Virus record (IMG/VR): IMGVR_UViG_3300029619_000251
Source of the DNA: a virus
Lineage: Duplodnaviria > Heunggongvirae > Uroviricota > Caudoviricetes
Reading direction: 5' to 3' (one strand)
Length of the DNA stretch: 30,347 bases
Within the stretch, counting starts at the first letter, position 1, and the number at the start of each line of letters is the position of its first letter. The notes below the pieces were generated by a model. That model ran no database searches, was not told where the DNA came from, and was given only the letters and a program-made list of their open reading frames with translations. Positions 7,893 through 17,997 of the stretch are shown piece by piece. The position numbers and the translations under genes are program-made.

Positions 7893-9664
7893 CAGTAAAA
7901 CTCCAGAATGGTGGATGTCAGCGGAGTGCTGATACCGGCGGTGAGTGGCTCATTTAACAGGGCGTGCATGGTCGCCCAGGCGAGGTCGGCGTGGCTGGCT
8001 TCCTCGCTGCGGCTGGCCTCATAGGTGGCGCTGCGTCCGCTGCTGGTCATGGTCTTGCGGATAGCCATAAACGAGCTGGTGATGTCGGTGGCGCTGACGT
8101 CATATTCCAGACAGCCACGACGGATAACGTCTTTTGCCTTGAGCACCATTGCGGTTTTCATTTCCGGCGTGTAGCGGATATCGCGCGCGGCGGGATAGAA
8201 CGAGCGCACGAGCTGGAACACGCCGACACCGAGGCCGGTGGCATCAATTCCGATGTATTCGACGTTGTATTTTTCGGTGAGTTTGCGGATGGATTCCGCC
8301 TGTGTGGCAAAGTCCATGCCTTTCCACTGGTGACGCTCAAGTATTCTGAATTTGCCACCGGCCACCACCGGCGGTGCCAGCACCACGCATCCGGCACTGT
8401 CGCCACGGTGTGACGGGTCGTAACCAATCCATACCGGGCGGGAGCCGAACGGATTCGCGGCAAACGGCGCATAGTCTTCCCATTCTTCCAGCGTGTCGAC
8501 CATGCAGCGTTGCAGCTCCTCGAACGGGAACACCGATGCCTTGTCGTCAACAAATTCACACATGAACAGGTTTTTAAAATCGTCGGCGCTGTTTTCACGT
8601 TTGAGCTGCTCAATGTCGAACAGCGTGCAGCCGCCTTTCAGGGCATCCTCAATGGTGACAATCTGCCGCCACTGGCCGTCCGCACAGAGAAGACCTCCGG
8701 CAAGGGCGTTATGACTGACGTCGATTTCCACGCGTTCGGCGGCGCTGGCGCGTCCCCGGTTGAACAGTTCACCCGACCAGAACGGGTAGGCGTCGTGCGC
8801 CAGCGTGGACGGGGTGGAGAAATAGGTCGAGCGCAGGTGACTCTGTGAGGCCATACCTGATGCCACCTTACGCAGTACCTGAAAATTCGGGATCCAGAAA
8901 ATCTCGTCGACGTACAGGTCGCCGTTATGGCTCTGTGCGGTGTTGGAGTTGGTGCCGAGAAAAATCAGTTTTGCGCCGTTATTGCCCAGGACAATCGGGT
9001 CACCGGTCAGGTCAACGTCAACCAGACGGGCAAAGGCGATGATGTATTCGCGGAACACATACGCCTGCGTTTTACTGGCCGACAGAAAAATCTGGTTATG
9101 ACCGGTTTTCAGGGCGCGCAGCAGCGCCTCGCGGGAAAAATAAAACGTCGCGCCAATCTGGCGGGATTTCAGGATATCGCGGATGCGGTGCTCAAGCCCG
9201 GCGCGATACCAGTGCAACTGATAGTCGAAAGACTGCTCAAAGAAAATCTGCTCCAGCTTTTCGATGGCCTCGTCACTGAAAAAATTCTTTTTCGGTTTGC
9301 GACGCCCGCCTTTGTTGCGGTTAGCGACGTTCGGATTAAGGTCTGCCTCGTTGCCGGTCTGGCTGTAGCGGTTTACCCGTGCCAGTCGTTCAATCTGGCG
9401 TCCGAGCAGGTCAATTTCCTTGAAGTCACCGCCGGTTTTCTGCGGTTTGATAATGAGCTGGGTCAGCCGCGCTTCCAGACTCATTTCGACACGGCTGATG
9501 GGGGCAACGCTGTCCCAGCCGTCGCGCTGTTTCCAGCTCTGCACCGTCGGGCGTTTCATCTGCAACATGGCGGCAATCTGCGGCACGGAAAACCCCTGCC
9601 AGTACAGCAGCGCCGCCTGACGACGCGGGTCGTGTAAAAGAGTGGTGTCTGTGGTGATGGTCAT
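7892..9664 (-). CDS. P: terminase large subunit (ATPase/nuclease)
   Basis: 590 aa from the ATG at 9664 (MTITTDTT...), with GAGGT 5 nt upstream; the track ORF extends to a TTG at 9694. Transcribed divergently from O, as in P2. Confidence 0.9.
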   Translation of the reverse strand: MTITTDTTLLHDPRRQAALLYWQGFSVPQIAAMLQMKRPTVQSWKQRDGWDSVAPISRVEMSLEARLTQLIIKPQKTGGDFKEIDLLGRQIERLARVNRYSQTGNEADLNPNVANRNKGGRRKPKKNFFSDEAIEKLEQIFFEQSFDYQLHWYRAGLEHRIRDILKSRQIGATFYFSREALLRALKTGHNQIFLSASKTQAYVFREYIIAFARLVDVDLTGDPIVLGNNGAKLIFLGTNSNTAQSHNGDLYVDEIFWIPNFQVLRKVASGMASQSHLRSTYFSTPSTLAHDAYPFWSGELFNRGRASAAERVEIDVSHNALAGGLLCADGQWRQIVTIEDALKGGCTLFDIEQLKRENSADDFKNLFMCEFVDDKASVFPFEELQRCMVDTLEEWEDYAPFAANPFGSRPVWIGYDPSHRGDSAGCVVLAPPVVAGGKFRILERHQWKGMDFATQAESIRKLTEKYNVEYIGIDATGLGVGVFQLVRSFYPAARDIRYTPEMKTAMVLKAKDVIRRGCLEYDVSATDITSSFMAIRKTMTSSGRSATYEASRSEEASHADLAWATMHALLNEPLTAGISTPLTSTILEFY

Positions 9665-9837
9665 GAATACCTCGCCGTGATGAATACACGGCAAGGCTAC
9701 TGAGTCGCGCCCCGCGATTCGCTAAGGTGCTGTTGTGTCAGTGATAAGCCATCCGGGACTGATGGCGGAGGATGCGCATCGTCGGGAAACTGATGCCGAC
9801 ATGTGACTCCTCTACTCACTATTCAGGACTCCTGACA
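9665..9837. promoter_or_regulatory. divergent late-promoter region between P and O
   Basis: 173-bp intergenic region between divergently transcribed P and O. Called from position only; I did not find a clean TGT-N12-ACA activator box by eye. Confidence 0.35.
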
Positions 9838-10692
9838 ATGGCAAAAAAAGTCTCAAAATTCTTTCGTATCGGCGTTGAGGGTGACACCTGTGACGGGCGT
9901 GTCATCAGTGCGCAGGATATTCAGGAAATGGCCGAAACCTTTGACCCGCGAGTCTATGGTTGCCGCATTAACCTGGAACATCTGCGCGGCATCCTGCCTG
10001 ACGGTATTTTTAAGCGTTATGGCGATGTGGCCGAACTGAAGGCCGAAAAGATTGACGATGATTCGGCGCTGAAAGGCAAATGGGCGCTGTTTGCGAAAAT
10101 CACCCCGACCGATGACCTTATCGCGATGAACAAGGCCGCGCAGAAGGTCTACACCTCAATGGAAATTCAGCCGAACTTTGCCAACACCGGCAAATGTTAT
10201 CTGGTGGGGCTGGCCGTCACCGATGACCCGGCAAGCCTCGGTACGGAATACCTGGAATTCTGCCGCACGGCAAAACACAACCCTCTGAACCGCTTCAAAT
10301 TAAGCCCTGAAAACCTGATTTCAGTGGCAACGCCCGTTGAGCTGGAATTTGAAGACCTGCCTGAAACCGTGTTCACCGCCCTGACCGAAAAGGTGAAATC
10401 CATTTTTGGCCGCAAACAGGCCAGCGATGACGCCCGTCTGAATGACGTGCATGAAGCGGTGACCGCTGTCGCTGAACATGTGCAGGAAAAACTGAGCGCC
10501 ACTGAGCAGCGCCTCGCTGAGATGGAAACCGCCTTTTCCGCACTTAAGCAGGATGTGACTGACAGGGCGGATGAAACCAGCCAGGCATTCACCCGCCTGA
10601 AAAACAGTCTCGACCACACCGAAAGTCTGACCCAGCAGCGCCGCAGCAAGGCCACCGGTGGTGGCGGTGACGCCCTGATGACGAACTGCTGA
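9838..10692 (+). CDS. O: capsid scaffolding protein
   Basis: 284 aa from the ATG at 9838 (MAKKVSKFF...); acidic, with coiled-coil-like C-terminal half. Precedes the major capsid gene. Confidence 0.85.
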   Translation: MAKKVSKFFRIGVEGDTCDGRVISAQDIQEMAETFDPRVYGCRINLEHLRGILPDGIFKRYGDVAELKAEKIDDDSALKGKWALFAKITPTDDLIAMNKAAQKVYTSMEIQPNFANTGKCYLVGLAVTDDPASLGTEYLEFCRTAKHNPLNRFKLSPENLISVATPVELEFEDLPETVFTALTEKVKSIFGRKQASDDARLNDVHEAVTAVAEHVQEKLSATEQRLAEMETAFSALKQDVTDRADETSQAFTRLKNSLDHTESLTQQRRSKATGGGGDALMTNC

Positions 10693-10750
10693 CCGGCGTC
10701 AGTCAGTCCGGGAAAACCTTCACGATTAACCCTTAATTTCAGGAAAAACT

Positions 10751-11824
10751 ATGCGCCAGGAAACCCGCTTTAAATTTAATGCCTACCTGTCCCGTGTTGC
10801 CGAACTGAACGGCATCGACGCCGGTGATGTGTCGAAAAAATTCACCGTTGAACCGTCGGTCACCCAGACTCTGATGAACACCATGCAGGAGTCCTCTGAC
10901 TTTCTGACCCGCATCAACATTGTGCCGGTCAGCGAAATGAAAGGGGAAAAAATTGGTATTGGTGTCACCGGCTCCATCGCCAGCACCACCGACACCGCCG
11001 GTGGCACCGAGCGTCAGCCGAAGGACTTCTCGAAGCTGGCGTCAAACAAGTACGAATGCGACCAGATTAACTTCGATTTTTATATCCGCTACAAAACGCT
11101 GGACCTGTGGGCGCGTTATCAGGATTTCCAGCTCCGTGTCCGTAACGCCATTATCAAACGCCAGTCCCTTGATTTAATCATGGCCGGTTTTAACGGCGTG
11201 AGGCGTGCCGAAACCTCTGACCGCAGCAGCAATCCGATGCTGCAGGATGTGGCGGTCGGCTGGCTGCAGAAATACCGCAATGAAGCCCCGGCGCGCGTGA
11301 TGAGCAAGGTCACTGACGAGGAAGGGCACACCACCTCTGAGGTTATCCGCGTGGGTAAGGGCGGTGATTATGCCAGCCTTGACGCACTGGTGATGGATGC
11401 GACCAACAACCTGATTGAGCCGTGGTATCAGGAAGACCCTGACCTTGTGGTGATTGTGGGACGTCAGCTACTGGCGGACAAGTATTTTCCCATCGTCAAC
11501 AAGGAGCAGGACAACAGCGAAATGCTGGCCGCTGACGTCATCATCAGCCAGAAACGCATCGGTAACCTGCCGGCGGTACGCGTCCCGTACTTCCCGGCGG
11601 ATGCGATGCTCATCACAAAGCTGGAAAACCTGTCCATCTACTACATGGATGACAGCCATCGCCGCGTGATTGAGGAAAACCCGAAACTCGACCGCGTGGA
11701 GAACTACGAGTCAATGAACATTGATTACGTGGTGGAAGACTACGCCGCCGGTTGTCTGGTGGAAAAAATTAAGGTCGGTGATTTCTCCACACTGGCTAAA
11801 GCGACCGCAGAGCCGGGAGCGTAA
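10751..11824 (+). CDS. N: major capsid protein
   Basis: 357-aa ORF following the scaffold gene; length matches P2 gpN as recalled. Confidence 0.9.
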   Translation: MRQETRFKFNAYLSRVAELNGIDAGDVSKKFTVEPSVTQTLMNTMQESSDFLTRINIVPVSEMKGEKIGIGVTGSIASTTDTAGGTERQPKDFSKLASNKYECDQINFDFYIRYKTLDLWARYQDFQLRVRNAIIKRQSLDLIMAGFNGVRRAETSDRSSNPMLQDVAVGWLQKYRNEAPARVMSKVTDEEGHTTSEVIRVGKGGDYASLDALVMDATNNLIEPWYQEDPDLVVIVGRQLLADKYFPIVNKEQDNSEMLAADVIISQKRIGNLPAVRVPYFPADAMLITKLENLSIYYMDDSHRRVIEENPKLDRVENYESMNIDYVVEDYAAGCLVEKIKVGDFSTLAKATAEPGA

Positions 11825-11827
11825 CCG

Positions 11828-12571
11828 ATGACGAGTCCCGCACAGCGCCACATGATGCGGGTCTCGGCAGCGATGACCGCGCAGCGGGAAGCCGCCCCGC
11901 TGCGACATGCAACTGTCTATGAGCAGATGCTGGTTAAGCTCGCCGCAGACCAGCGCACACTGAAAGCGATTTATTCAAAAGAGCTGAAGGCCGCGAAAAA
12001 ACGCGAACTGCTGCCGTTCTGGTTGCCGTGGGTGAACGGCGTGCTGGAGCAGGGCAAAGGTGCACAGGATGACATTCTGATGACGGTCATGCTGTGGCGT
12101 CTGGATACCGGCGATATTGCCGGTGCGCTGGAGATTGCCCGTTATGCCCTGAAGTACGGTCTGACCATGCCGGGTAAACACCGCCGTACCCCGCCGTACA
12201 TGTTCACCGAGGAGGTAGCGCTTGCGGCCATGCGCGCTCACGCTGCCGGTGAGTCTGTGGATACCCGCCTGCTGACGGAGACCCTTGAACTGACCGCCAC
12301 GGCTGACATGCCTGATGAAGTGCGCGCAAAGCTGCACAAAATCACCGGTCTGTTTCTGCGTGACGGTGGTGATGCCGCCGGTGCGCTGGCTCACCTGCAA
12401 CGTGCGACACAGCTCGACTGTCAGGCAGGTGTCAAAAAAGAGATTGAACGACTGGAGCGGGAGCTGAAACCGAAGCCGGAGCCGCAGCCCAAAGCGGCCA
12501 CCCGTACCCTGCGTAAGACCCGGAGCGTGACACCGGCAAAACGTGGACGCCCGAAAAAGAAAGCCAGTTAA
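11828..12571 (+). CDS. M: terminase small subunit (endonuclease subunit)
   Basis: 247-aa ORF with a basic C-terminal tail (KPKPEPQPKAATRTLRKTRSVTPAKRGRPKKKAS). Confidence 0.85.
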   Translation: MTSPAQRHMMRVSAAMTAQREAAPLRHATVYEQMLVKLAADQRTLKAIYSKELKAAKKRELLPFWLPWVNGVLEQGKGAQDDILMTVMLWRLDTGDIAGALEIARYALKYGLTMPGKHRRTPPYMFTEEVALAAMRAHAAGESVDTRLLTETLELTATADMPDEVRAKLHKITGLFLRDGGDAAGALAHLQRATQLDCQAGVKKEIERLERELKPKPEPQPKAATRTLRKTRSVTPAKRGRPKKKAS

Positions 12572-12670
12572 CAACCGAATGCGCCCCGCGCCAGGGCGGC
12601 ACGCCGGTCAGTGAGGGTGAATCACCTGACACTGCACCGGCGTCCACCGCCCGACTTTTCAGAGGTAGTC

Positions 12671-13180
12671 ATGATGACGCTGATTATTCCGCGAAAGGAG
12701 GCTCCCGTGTCCGGTGAGGGTACGGTGGTCATCCCGCAACCGGCAGGCGACGAGCCGGTGATTAAAAACACGTTCTTTTTTCCCGATATCGACCCGAAGC
12801 GCGTCCGGGAACGTATGCGCCTTGAGCAGACCGTCGCCCCCGCCCGTCTGCGTGAGGCCATCAAGTCAGGCATGGCGGAGACGAATGCGGAGCTGTACGA
12901 GTACCGCGAACAGAAAATTGCTGCCGGTTTTACGCGTCTGGCGGACGTTCCGGCGGACGACATCGACGGTGAAAGCATCAAGGTTTTTTACTACGAGCGC
13001 GCCGTGTGCGCGATGGCGACCGCGTCGCTTTATGAGCGTTATCGCGGCGTGGATGCCAGTGCGAAAGGCGACAAGAAGGCTGACAGCATTGACAGCACCA
13101 TTGATGAACTGTGGCGGGATATGCGCTGGGCGGTGGCGCGTATCCAGGACAAGCCGCGCTGCATCGTGAGTCAAATCTGA
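12671..13180 (+). CDS. L: head completion/stabilisation protein
   Basis: 169 aa from the ATG at 12671 with GAGGT upstream; the track ORF starts at a GTG at 12611. Confidence 0.8.
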   Translation: MMTLIIPRKEAPVSGEGTVVIPQPAGDEPVIKNTFFFPDIDPKRVRERMRLEQTVAPARLREAIKSGMAETNAELYEYREQKIAAGFTRLADVPADDIDGESIKVFYYERAVCAMATASLYERYRGVDASAKGDKKADSIDSTIDELWRDMRWAVARIQDKPRCIVSQI

Positions 13181-13383
13181 TGAAGACCTTTGCGCTACAG
13201 GGCGACACGCTCGACGCCATTTGTGTCCGGTATTACGGGCGCACTGAGGGCGTGGTTGAGACCGTGCTCGCCGCAAATCCGGGACTGGCTGAACTGGGTG
13301 CGGTGCTGCCACACGGCACCGCCGTCGAACTGCCCGACGTTCAGACCGCGCCCGTGGCTGAAACTGTCAATCTTTGGGAGTAA
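13180..13383 (+). CDS. X: tail protein X (LysM-like)
   Basis: 67-aa ORF whose start overlaps the L stop; LysM-like segment DTLDAICVRYYGRTEGVVETVLAANPGL. Confidence 0.75.
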   Translation: MKTFALQGDTLDAICVRYYGRTEGVVETVLAANPGLAELGAVLPHGTAVELPDVQTAPVAETVNLWE

Positions 13384-13386
13384 CGC

Positions 13387-13668
13387 ATGACAGCAGAAGA
13401 AAAAAGCGTCCTGTCGCTTTTCATGATTGGGGTGCTGATTGTTGTCGGCAAGGTGCTTGCCGGTGGTGAACCCATCACCCCGCGTCTGTTTATCGGGCGC
13501 ATGTTGCTCGGTGGTTTTGTCTCGATGGTTGCCGGTGTTGTTCTGGTGCAGTTTCCTGACCTGTCACTGCCTGCGGTGTGCGGCATCGGCTCCATGCTGG
13601 GTATCGCCGGTTATCAGGTGATTGAGATTGCCATTCAGCGCCGCTTTAAGGGCAGGGGGAAACCGTAA
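13387..13668 (+). CDS. Y: holin
   Basis: 93 aa with two or three hydrophobic helices and a charged C-terminus (RRFKGRGKP), immediately upstream of the endolysin. Confidence 0.8.
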   Translation: MTAEEKSVLSLFMIGVLIVVGKVLAGGEPITPRLFIGRMLLGGFVSMVAGVVLVQFPDLSLPAVCGIGSMLGIAGYQVIEIAIQRRFKGRGKP

Positions 13669-14165
13669 TGCCGGTAATTAACACGCATCAGAATATCGCC
13701 GCCTTTCTCGACATGCTGGCCGTGTCCGAAGGGACGGCGAATCATCCGCTGACGAAAAACCGGGGCTATGACGTGATAGTCACCGGACTGGACGGGAAGC
13801 CGGAAATTTTCACTGACTACAGTGACCACCCGTTCGCGCATGGCCGACCGGCGAAGGTGTTTAACCGTCGCGGTGAAAAATCCACGGCCTCCGGTCGCTA
13901 TCAGCAGCTTTACCTGTTCTGGCCGCACTACCGCAAACAGCTTGCCCTGCCGGATTTCAGTCCGTTGTCACAGGACAGACTTGCCATTCAGTTGATCCGC
14001 GAACGCGGTGCACTGGATGACATCCGGGCGGGACGCATTGAGCGCGCCATTTCACGCTGTCGCAATATCTGGGCGTCCCTGCCGGGTGCCGGTTACGGTC
14101 AGCGTGAGCATTCACTGGAAAAACTGGTCACCGTCTGGCGTACCGCCGGCGGCGTACCGGCTTAA
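13668..14165 (+). CDS. K: endolysin (lysozyme)
   Basis: 165-aa ORF after the holin; length and position match P2 gpK as recalled. Confidence 0.85.
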   Translation: MPVINTHQNIAAFLDMLAVSEGTANHPLTKNRGYDVIVTGLDGKPEIFTDYSDHPFAHGRPAKVFNRRGEKSTASGRYQQLYLFWPHYRKQLALPDFSPLSQDRLAIQLIRERGALDDIRAGRIERAISRCRNIWASLPGAGYGQREHSLEKLVTVWRTAGGVPA

Positions 14166-14179
14166 ACGGAGTAAACACC

Positions 14180-14605
14180 ATGAAGAAATTATCCCTTTCA
14201 CTGATGCTGAACGTGTCGCTGGCGCTGATGCTGGCACTGTCCCTGATTTACCCGCAGAGCGTGGCCGTCAATTTTGTCGCCACCTGGGCGATTCTGGCGA
14301 CAGTTATCTGTGTGGTTGCCGGTGGTGTCGGCGTGTATGCCACTGAGTATGTACTTGAACGCTACGGGCGGGAGCTTCCGCCGGAATCGCTGGCCGTGAA
14401 GATTGTCACGTCGCTGTATTTGCAGCCGGTGCCGTGGTGCAGACGGGCGATGGGTCTGGTGGTGATGGTGGCGACGTTTATCTCGCTGGTCGCTGCCGGG
14501 TGGATTTTTACCGCGCTGATTTATCTCGTGGCGGCGCTGTTATTCCGGCTGATACGTACGGCCTGTCGTCAGCGTTTTGAGGGGCGGGAACCATGTCAAA
14601 GCTGA
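14180..14605 (+). CDS. lysA: lysis regulatory membrane protein LysA
   Basis: 141 aa, with multiple hydrophobic helices. Confidence 0.7.
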   Translation: MKKLSLSLMLNVSLALMLALSLIYPQSVAVNFVATWAILATVICVVAGGVGVYATEYVLERYGRELPPESLAVKIVTSLYLQPVPWCRRAMGLVVMVATFISLVAAGWIFTALIYLVAALLFRLIRTACRQRFEGREPCQS

Positions 14606-15018
14606 TGATTGTGCTGGTCGTGTTGTTATCGCTGGCGGTGGCGGGACTGTTTCTGGTGAAGCATGAAAACGCCAGCCTGCGCGTCTCGCTGGACAGGGCA
14701 AACAATGTCGCCAGTGGGCAGCAGACGACCATCACCATGCTGAAAAACCAGTTTCATGTTGCCCTTACCAGGGCAGACAAAAACGAGCTGGCGCAGGTGG
14801 CACTGCGTCAGGAGCTGGAGAACGCCGCGAAGCGTGAAGCACAGCGCGAGAAAACCATCACGAGGTTACTTAATGAAAACGAAGATTTTCGCCGCTGGTA
14901 CGGCGCTGACCTGCCTGATGCTGTGCGCCGGTTGCACCAGCGCCCGGCCTGCACTGACGCCAGTGATTGTCGCCAACGCCTGCCCGAAAGTGAGCCTTTG
15001 CCCGATGCCGGGCAGTGA
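14593..15018 (+). CDS. lysB: LysB (Rz-like spanin component)
   Basis: 141 aa with an N-terminal TM helix (MSKLMIVLVVLLSLAVAGLFLV) and a charged, coiled-coil-like periplasmic part. Confidence 0.7.
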   Translation: MSKLMIVLVVLLSLAVAGLFLVKHENASLRVSLDRANNVASGQQTTITMLKNQFHVALTRADKNELAQVALRQELENAAKREAQREKTITRLLNENEDFRRWYGADLPDAVRRLHQRPACTDASDCRQRLPESEPLPDAGQ

Positions 15019-15163
15019 CCCGGAGACGAACGGCGATTTAAGTGCCGATATCCGGCAGCTTGAGAACGCGCTGGCACGCTGTGCCAGCCAGGTAAAAATG
15101 ATTAAACACTGTCAGGATGAAAACGATGCTCAAACCCGACAGCCTGCGCAGGGCGCTGACTGA
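14873..15163 (+). CDS. lysC: LysC (Rz1-like spanin lipoprotein), overlapping lysB in another frame
   Basis: 96 aa from the ATG at 14873 with GAGGT upstream. Signal-peptide-like N-terminus with cysteines (MKTKIFAAGTALTCLMLCAGCTS). Begins inside lysB in a different frame and runs into R. Confidence 0.6.
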   Translation: MKTKIFAAGTALTCLMLCAGCTSARPALTPVIVANACPKVSLCPMPGSDPETNGDLSADIRQLENALARCASQVKMIKHCQDENDAQTRQPAQGAD

Positions 15164-15593
15164 TGCCGTCACGGTGCTGAAAACCAGTCCCGAGATGCTG
15201 CGGATATTCGTGGATAACGGGAGTATTGCCTCCACACTGGCGACGTCGTTGTCATTCGAAAAGCGTTACACGCTCAATGTGATTGTGACCGACTTTACCG
15301 GTGATTTTGACCTGCTCATCGTGCCGGTGCTGGCGTGGCTGCGGGAAAATCAGCCCGACATCATGACCACCGACGCAGGCCAGAAAAAGGGCTTCACGTT
15401 TTATGCAGACATCAACAATGACAGCAGCTTTGATATCAGCATCAGCCTGATGCTGACCGAGCGCACGCTGGTCAGTGAGGTGGACGGCGCACTGCATGTG
15501 AAGAATATCCCGGAACCCACGCCGCCGGAGCCGGTCACCCGCCCGGTGGAGCTTTATATCAATGGCGAACTGGTGAGCAAGTGGGATGAATGA
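15126..15593 (+). CDS. R: tail completion protein R
   Basis: 155 aa from the ATG at 15126; an in-frame ATG at 15117 is an alternative start. Confidence 0.8.
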   Translation: MLKPDSLRRALTDAVTVLKTSPEMLRIFVDNGSIASTLATSLSFEKRYTLNVIVTDFTGDFDLLIVPVLAWLRENQPDIMTTDAGQKKGFTFYADINNDSSFDISISLMLTERTLVSEVDGALHVKNIPEPTPPEPVTRPVELYINGELVSKWDE

Positions 15594-16038
15594 GTTTAAG
15601 CGTTTTGAAGACCGGCTGACCGGACTTATTGAATCGCTGTCACCGCCAGGGCGTCGGCGACTGAGCGCCGAACTGGCGAAACGTCTGCGGCAGAGTCAGC
15701 AGCGCCGGGTGATGGCACAGAAAGCCCCGGACGGCACACCCTACGCACCACGCCAGCAGCAGAGCGCCAGAAAAAAGACCGGTCGTGTTAAGCGAAAAAT
15801 GTTTGCGAAACTTATCACCAGTCGTTTTTTGCATATCCGCGCCAGCCCTGAACAGGCATCAATGGAGTTTTACGGCGGGAAGTCACCGAAAATCGCCAGT
15901 GTGCATCAGTTTGGTCTGTCGGAAGAAAACCGGAAAGACGGTAAGAAAATTGATTATCCGGCGCGTCCTCTGCTCGGCTTTACCGGTGAGGATGTGCAGA
16001 TGATTGAAGAGATTATCCTGGCTCACCTCGACCGTTAG
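15586..16038 (+). CDS. S: tail completion protein S
   Basis: 150-aa ORF overlapping the R stop. Confidence 0.8.
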   Translation: MNEFKRFEDRLTGLIESLSPPGRRRLSAELAKRLRQSQQRRVMAQKAPDGTPYAPRQQQSARKKTGRVKRKMFAKLITSRFLHIRASPEQASMEFYGGKSPKIASVHQFGLSEENRKDGKKIDYPARPLLGFTGEDVQMIEEIILAHLDR

Positions 16039-16104
16039 TTGTGCCATTCCCGAAACCTCATCGTTACATTGCCGCCGGTATGACCCGGCGGCATCCTTCC
16101 CGTT
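16039..16104 (+). promoter_or_regulatory. putative late promoter for the baseplate/tail-fibre operon (PV position)
   Basis: 66-bp gap between S and V at the position where P2 has its PV promoter. No motif verified. Confidence 0.3.
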
Positions 16105-16740
16105 ATGAACACTCTCGCAAATATCCAGGAACTCGCGCGCGCACTGCGCAACATGATTCGCACCGGCCTTGTCGTCGAAACCAACCTTAAAGCCGGTCGC
16201 TGCCGTGTGCAGACCGGTGGCATGTGCACCGACTGGCTTCAGTGGCTGACCTGTCGTGCCGGTCGTTCGCGCACATGGTGGGCACCTTCCGTGGGGGAGC
16301 AGGTGCTGATTCTGGCCGTGGGCGGTGAACTTGACACGGCGTTTGTTCTGCCGGGGATTTATTCCGGCGATAACCCCGCGCCGTCTGCGTCGGCGGATGC
16401 CCTGCATATCCGTTTCCCTGACGGGGCGGTGATTGAGTATGAACCCGAAACCAGTGCACTCACGGTAAGCGGAATTAAAACGGCCAGCGTGACGGCTTCT
16501 GATTCTGTTACTGCCACGGTGCCGGTGGTCATGGTGAAAGCATCAACCCGCGTCACCCTGGACACACCGGAGGTGGTCTGCACCAACAGGCTGATTACCG
16601 GCACGCTGGAAGTGCAGAAGGGCGGGACGATGCGCGGCAACATTGAACACACCGGCGGTGAACTCTCATCAAACGGTAAGGTACTGCATACCCATAAACA
16701 CCCCGGCGACAGTGGCGGCACAACAGGGGGACCTCTATGA
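16105..16740 (+). CDS. V: baseplate assembly/spike protein V
   Basis: 211-aa ORF, first gene after the S-V gap. Confidence 0.85.
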   Translation: MNTLANIQELARALRNMIRTGLVVETNLKAGRCRVQTGGMCTDWLQWLTCRAGRSRTWWAPSVGEQVLILAVGGELDTAFVLPGIYSGDNPAPSASADALHIRFPDGAVIEYEPETSALTVSGIKTASVTASDSVTATVPVVMVKASTRVTLDTPEVVCTNRLITGTLEVQKGGTMRGNIEHTGGELSSNGKVLHTHKHPGDSGGTTGGPL

Positions 16741-17084
16741 CAGCGCGTTATCTCGGAATGAATCGCAGTGATGGCCTGACTGTCACTGACCTTGAGCATA
16801 TCAGCCAGAGTATCGGCGATATCCTGCGCACACCGGTCGGCTCACGGGTGATGCGTCGTGATTACGGCTCGTTGCTGGCGTCAATGATTGACCAGCCGCA
16901 GACCCCGGCGCTTGAGTTGCAGATTAAAGTCGCCTGTTACATGGCAGTGCTGAAATGGGAACCCCGCGTCACCCTGTCATCCGTCACCACGGCGCGCAGT
17001 TTTGACGGGCGAATGACGGTCACGTTAACCGGCCAGCACAACGACACCGGCCAGCCACTTTCGTTAACCATCCCTGTGAGTTGA
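16737..17084 (+). CDS. W: baseplate wedge protein W (gp25-like)
   Basis: 115-aa ORF overlapping the V stop. Confidence 0.85.
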   Translation: MTARYLGMNRSDGLTVTDLEHISQSIGDILRTPVGSRVMRRDYGSLLASMIDQPQTPALELQIKVACYMAVLKWEPRVTLSSVTTARSFDGRMTVTLTGQHNDTGQPLSLTIPVS

Positions 17085-17088
17085 AACC

Positions 17089-17997
17089 ATGCCGATTATC
17101 GACCTGAACCAGCTACCCGCACCGGATGTGGTCGAGGAGCTGGACTTTGAAACCATTCTTGCCGAACGCAAGGCGACACTGATTTCCCTTTACCCGGAAG
17201 ACCAGCAGGAGGCGGTCGCCCGTACCCTGACACTGGAATCTGAGCCTCTCGTCAAACTGCTGGAGGAAAATGCTTATCGTGAGCTTATCTGGCGTCAGCG
17301 TGTGAATGAGGCTGCACGGGCGGTGATGCTGGCCTGTGCAGCCGGTAATGACCTTGATGTGATTGGTGCCAATTACAACACCACGCGCCTGACTATCACC
17401 CCGGCAGATGATTCGACCCTCCCGCCGACACCGGCAGTGATGGAGTCTGACACCGATTATCGTCTGCGTATTCAGCAGGCGTTTGAAGGTTTAAGCGTCG
17501 CCGGGTCGGTGGGTGCCTATCAGTATCATGGTCGCAGTGCCGACGGGCGTGTCGCGGATATCTCTGTCACCAGTCCGTCTCCGGCCTGCGTCACCATCTC
17601 TGTGCTGTCACGTGAAAATAACGGCGTCGCATCCGAAGACCTGCTGGCGGTGGTGCGTAACGCCCTTAATGGCGAGGACGTCAGGCCGGTGGCCGACCGC
17701 GTGACCGTGCAGTCTGCCGCCATCGTTGAATACCAGATAAACGCCACGCTGTATCTTTACCCTGGTCCCGAAAGCGAACCCATCCGCGCCGCCGCCGTGA
17801 AAAAGCTGGAAGCGTACATCACGGCACAGCACCGGCTTGGGCGCGACATCCGTCTGTCTGCCATTTATGCCGCTTTGCATGTGGAAGGCGTGCAGCGTGT
17901 CGAACTGACTGCACCTCTGGCTGACATTGTGCTCAACAGTACGCAGGCGTCTTTCTGCACCGAATACAGCGTCGTGACCGGAGGCTCGGATGAGTGA
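17089..17997 (+). CDS. J: baseplate protein J
   Basis: 302-aa ORF. Confidence 0.85.
   Translation: MPIIDLNQLPAPDVVEELDFETILAERKATLISLYPEDQQEAVARTLTLESEPLVKLLEENAYRELIWRQRVNEAARAVMLACAAGNDLDVIGANYNTTRLTITPADDSTLPPTPAVMESDTDYRLRIQQAFEGLSVAGSVGAYQYHGRSADGRVADISVTSPSPACVTISVLSRENNGVASEDLLAVVRNALNGEDVRPVADRVTVQSAAIVEYQINATLYLYPGPESEPIRAAAVKKLEAYITAQHRLGRDIRLSAIYAALHVEGVQRVELTAPLADIVLNSTQASFCTEYSVVTGGSDE

Noticed and set aside
7964-9689. Many 60-240-aa ORFs antisense to or out of frame within terminase gene P (for example 8158-8613, 8927-9637, 9426-9689)
   Set aside because: They lie entirely inside a well-supported long gene in GC-rich sequence and lack RBS context; they look like chance open frames.
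9665-9837. Ogr-type activator box (TGT-N12-ACA) upstream of O and P
   Set aside because: I could not find a clean match by eye in the divergent region, so only a position-based promoter region is reported.
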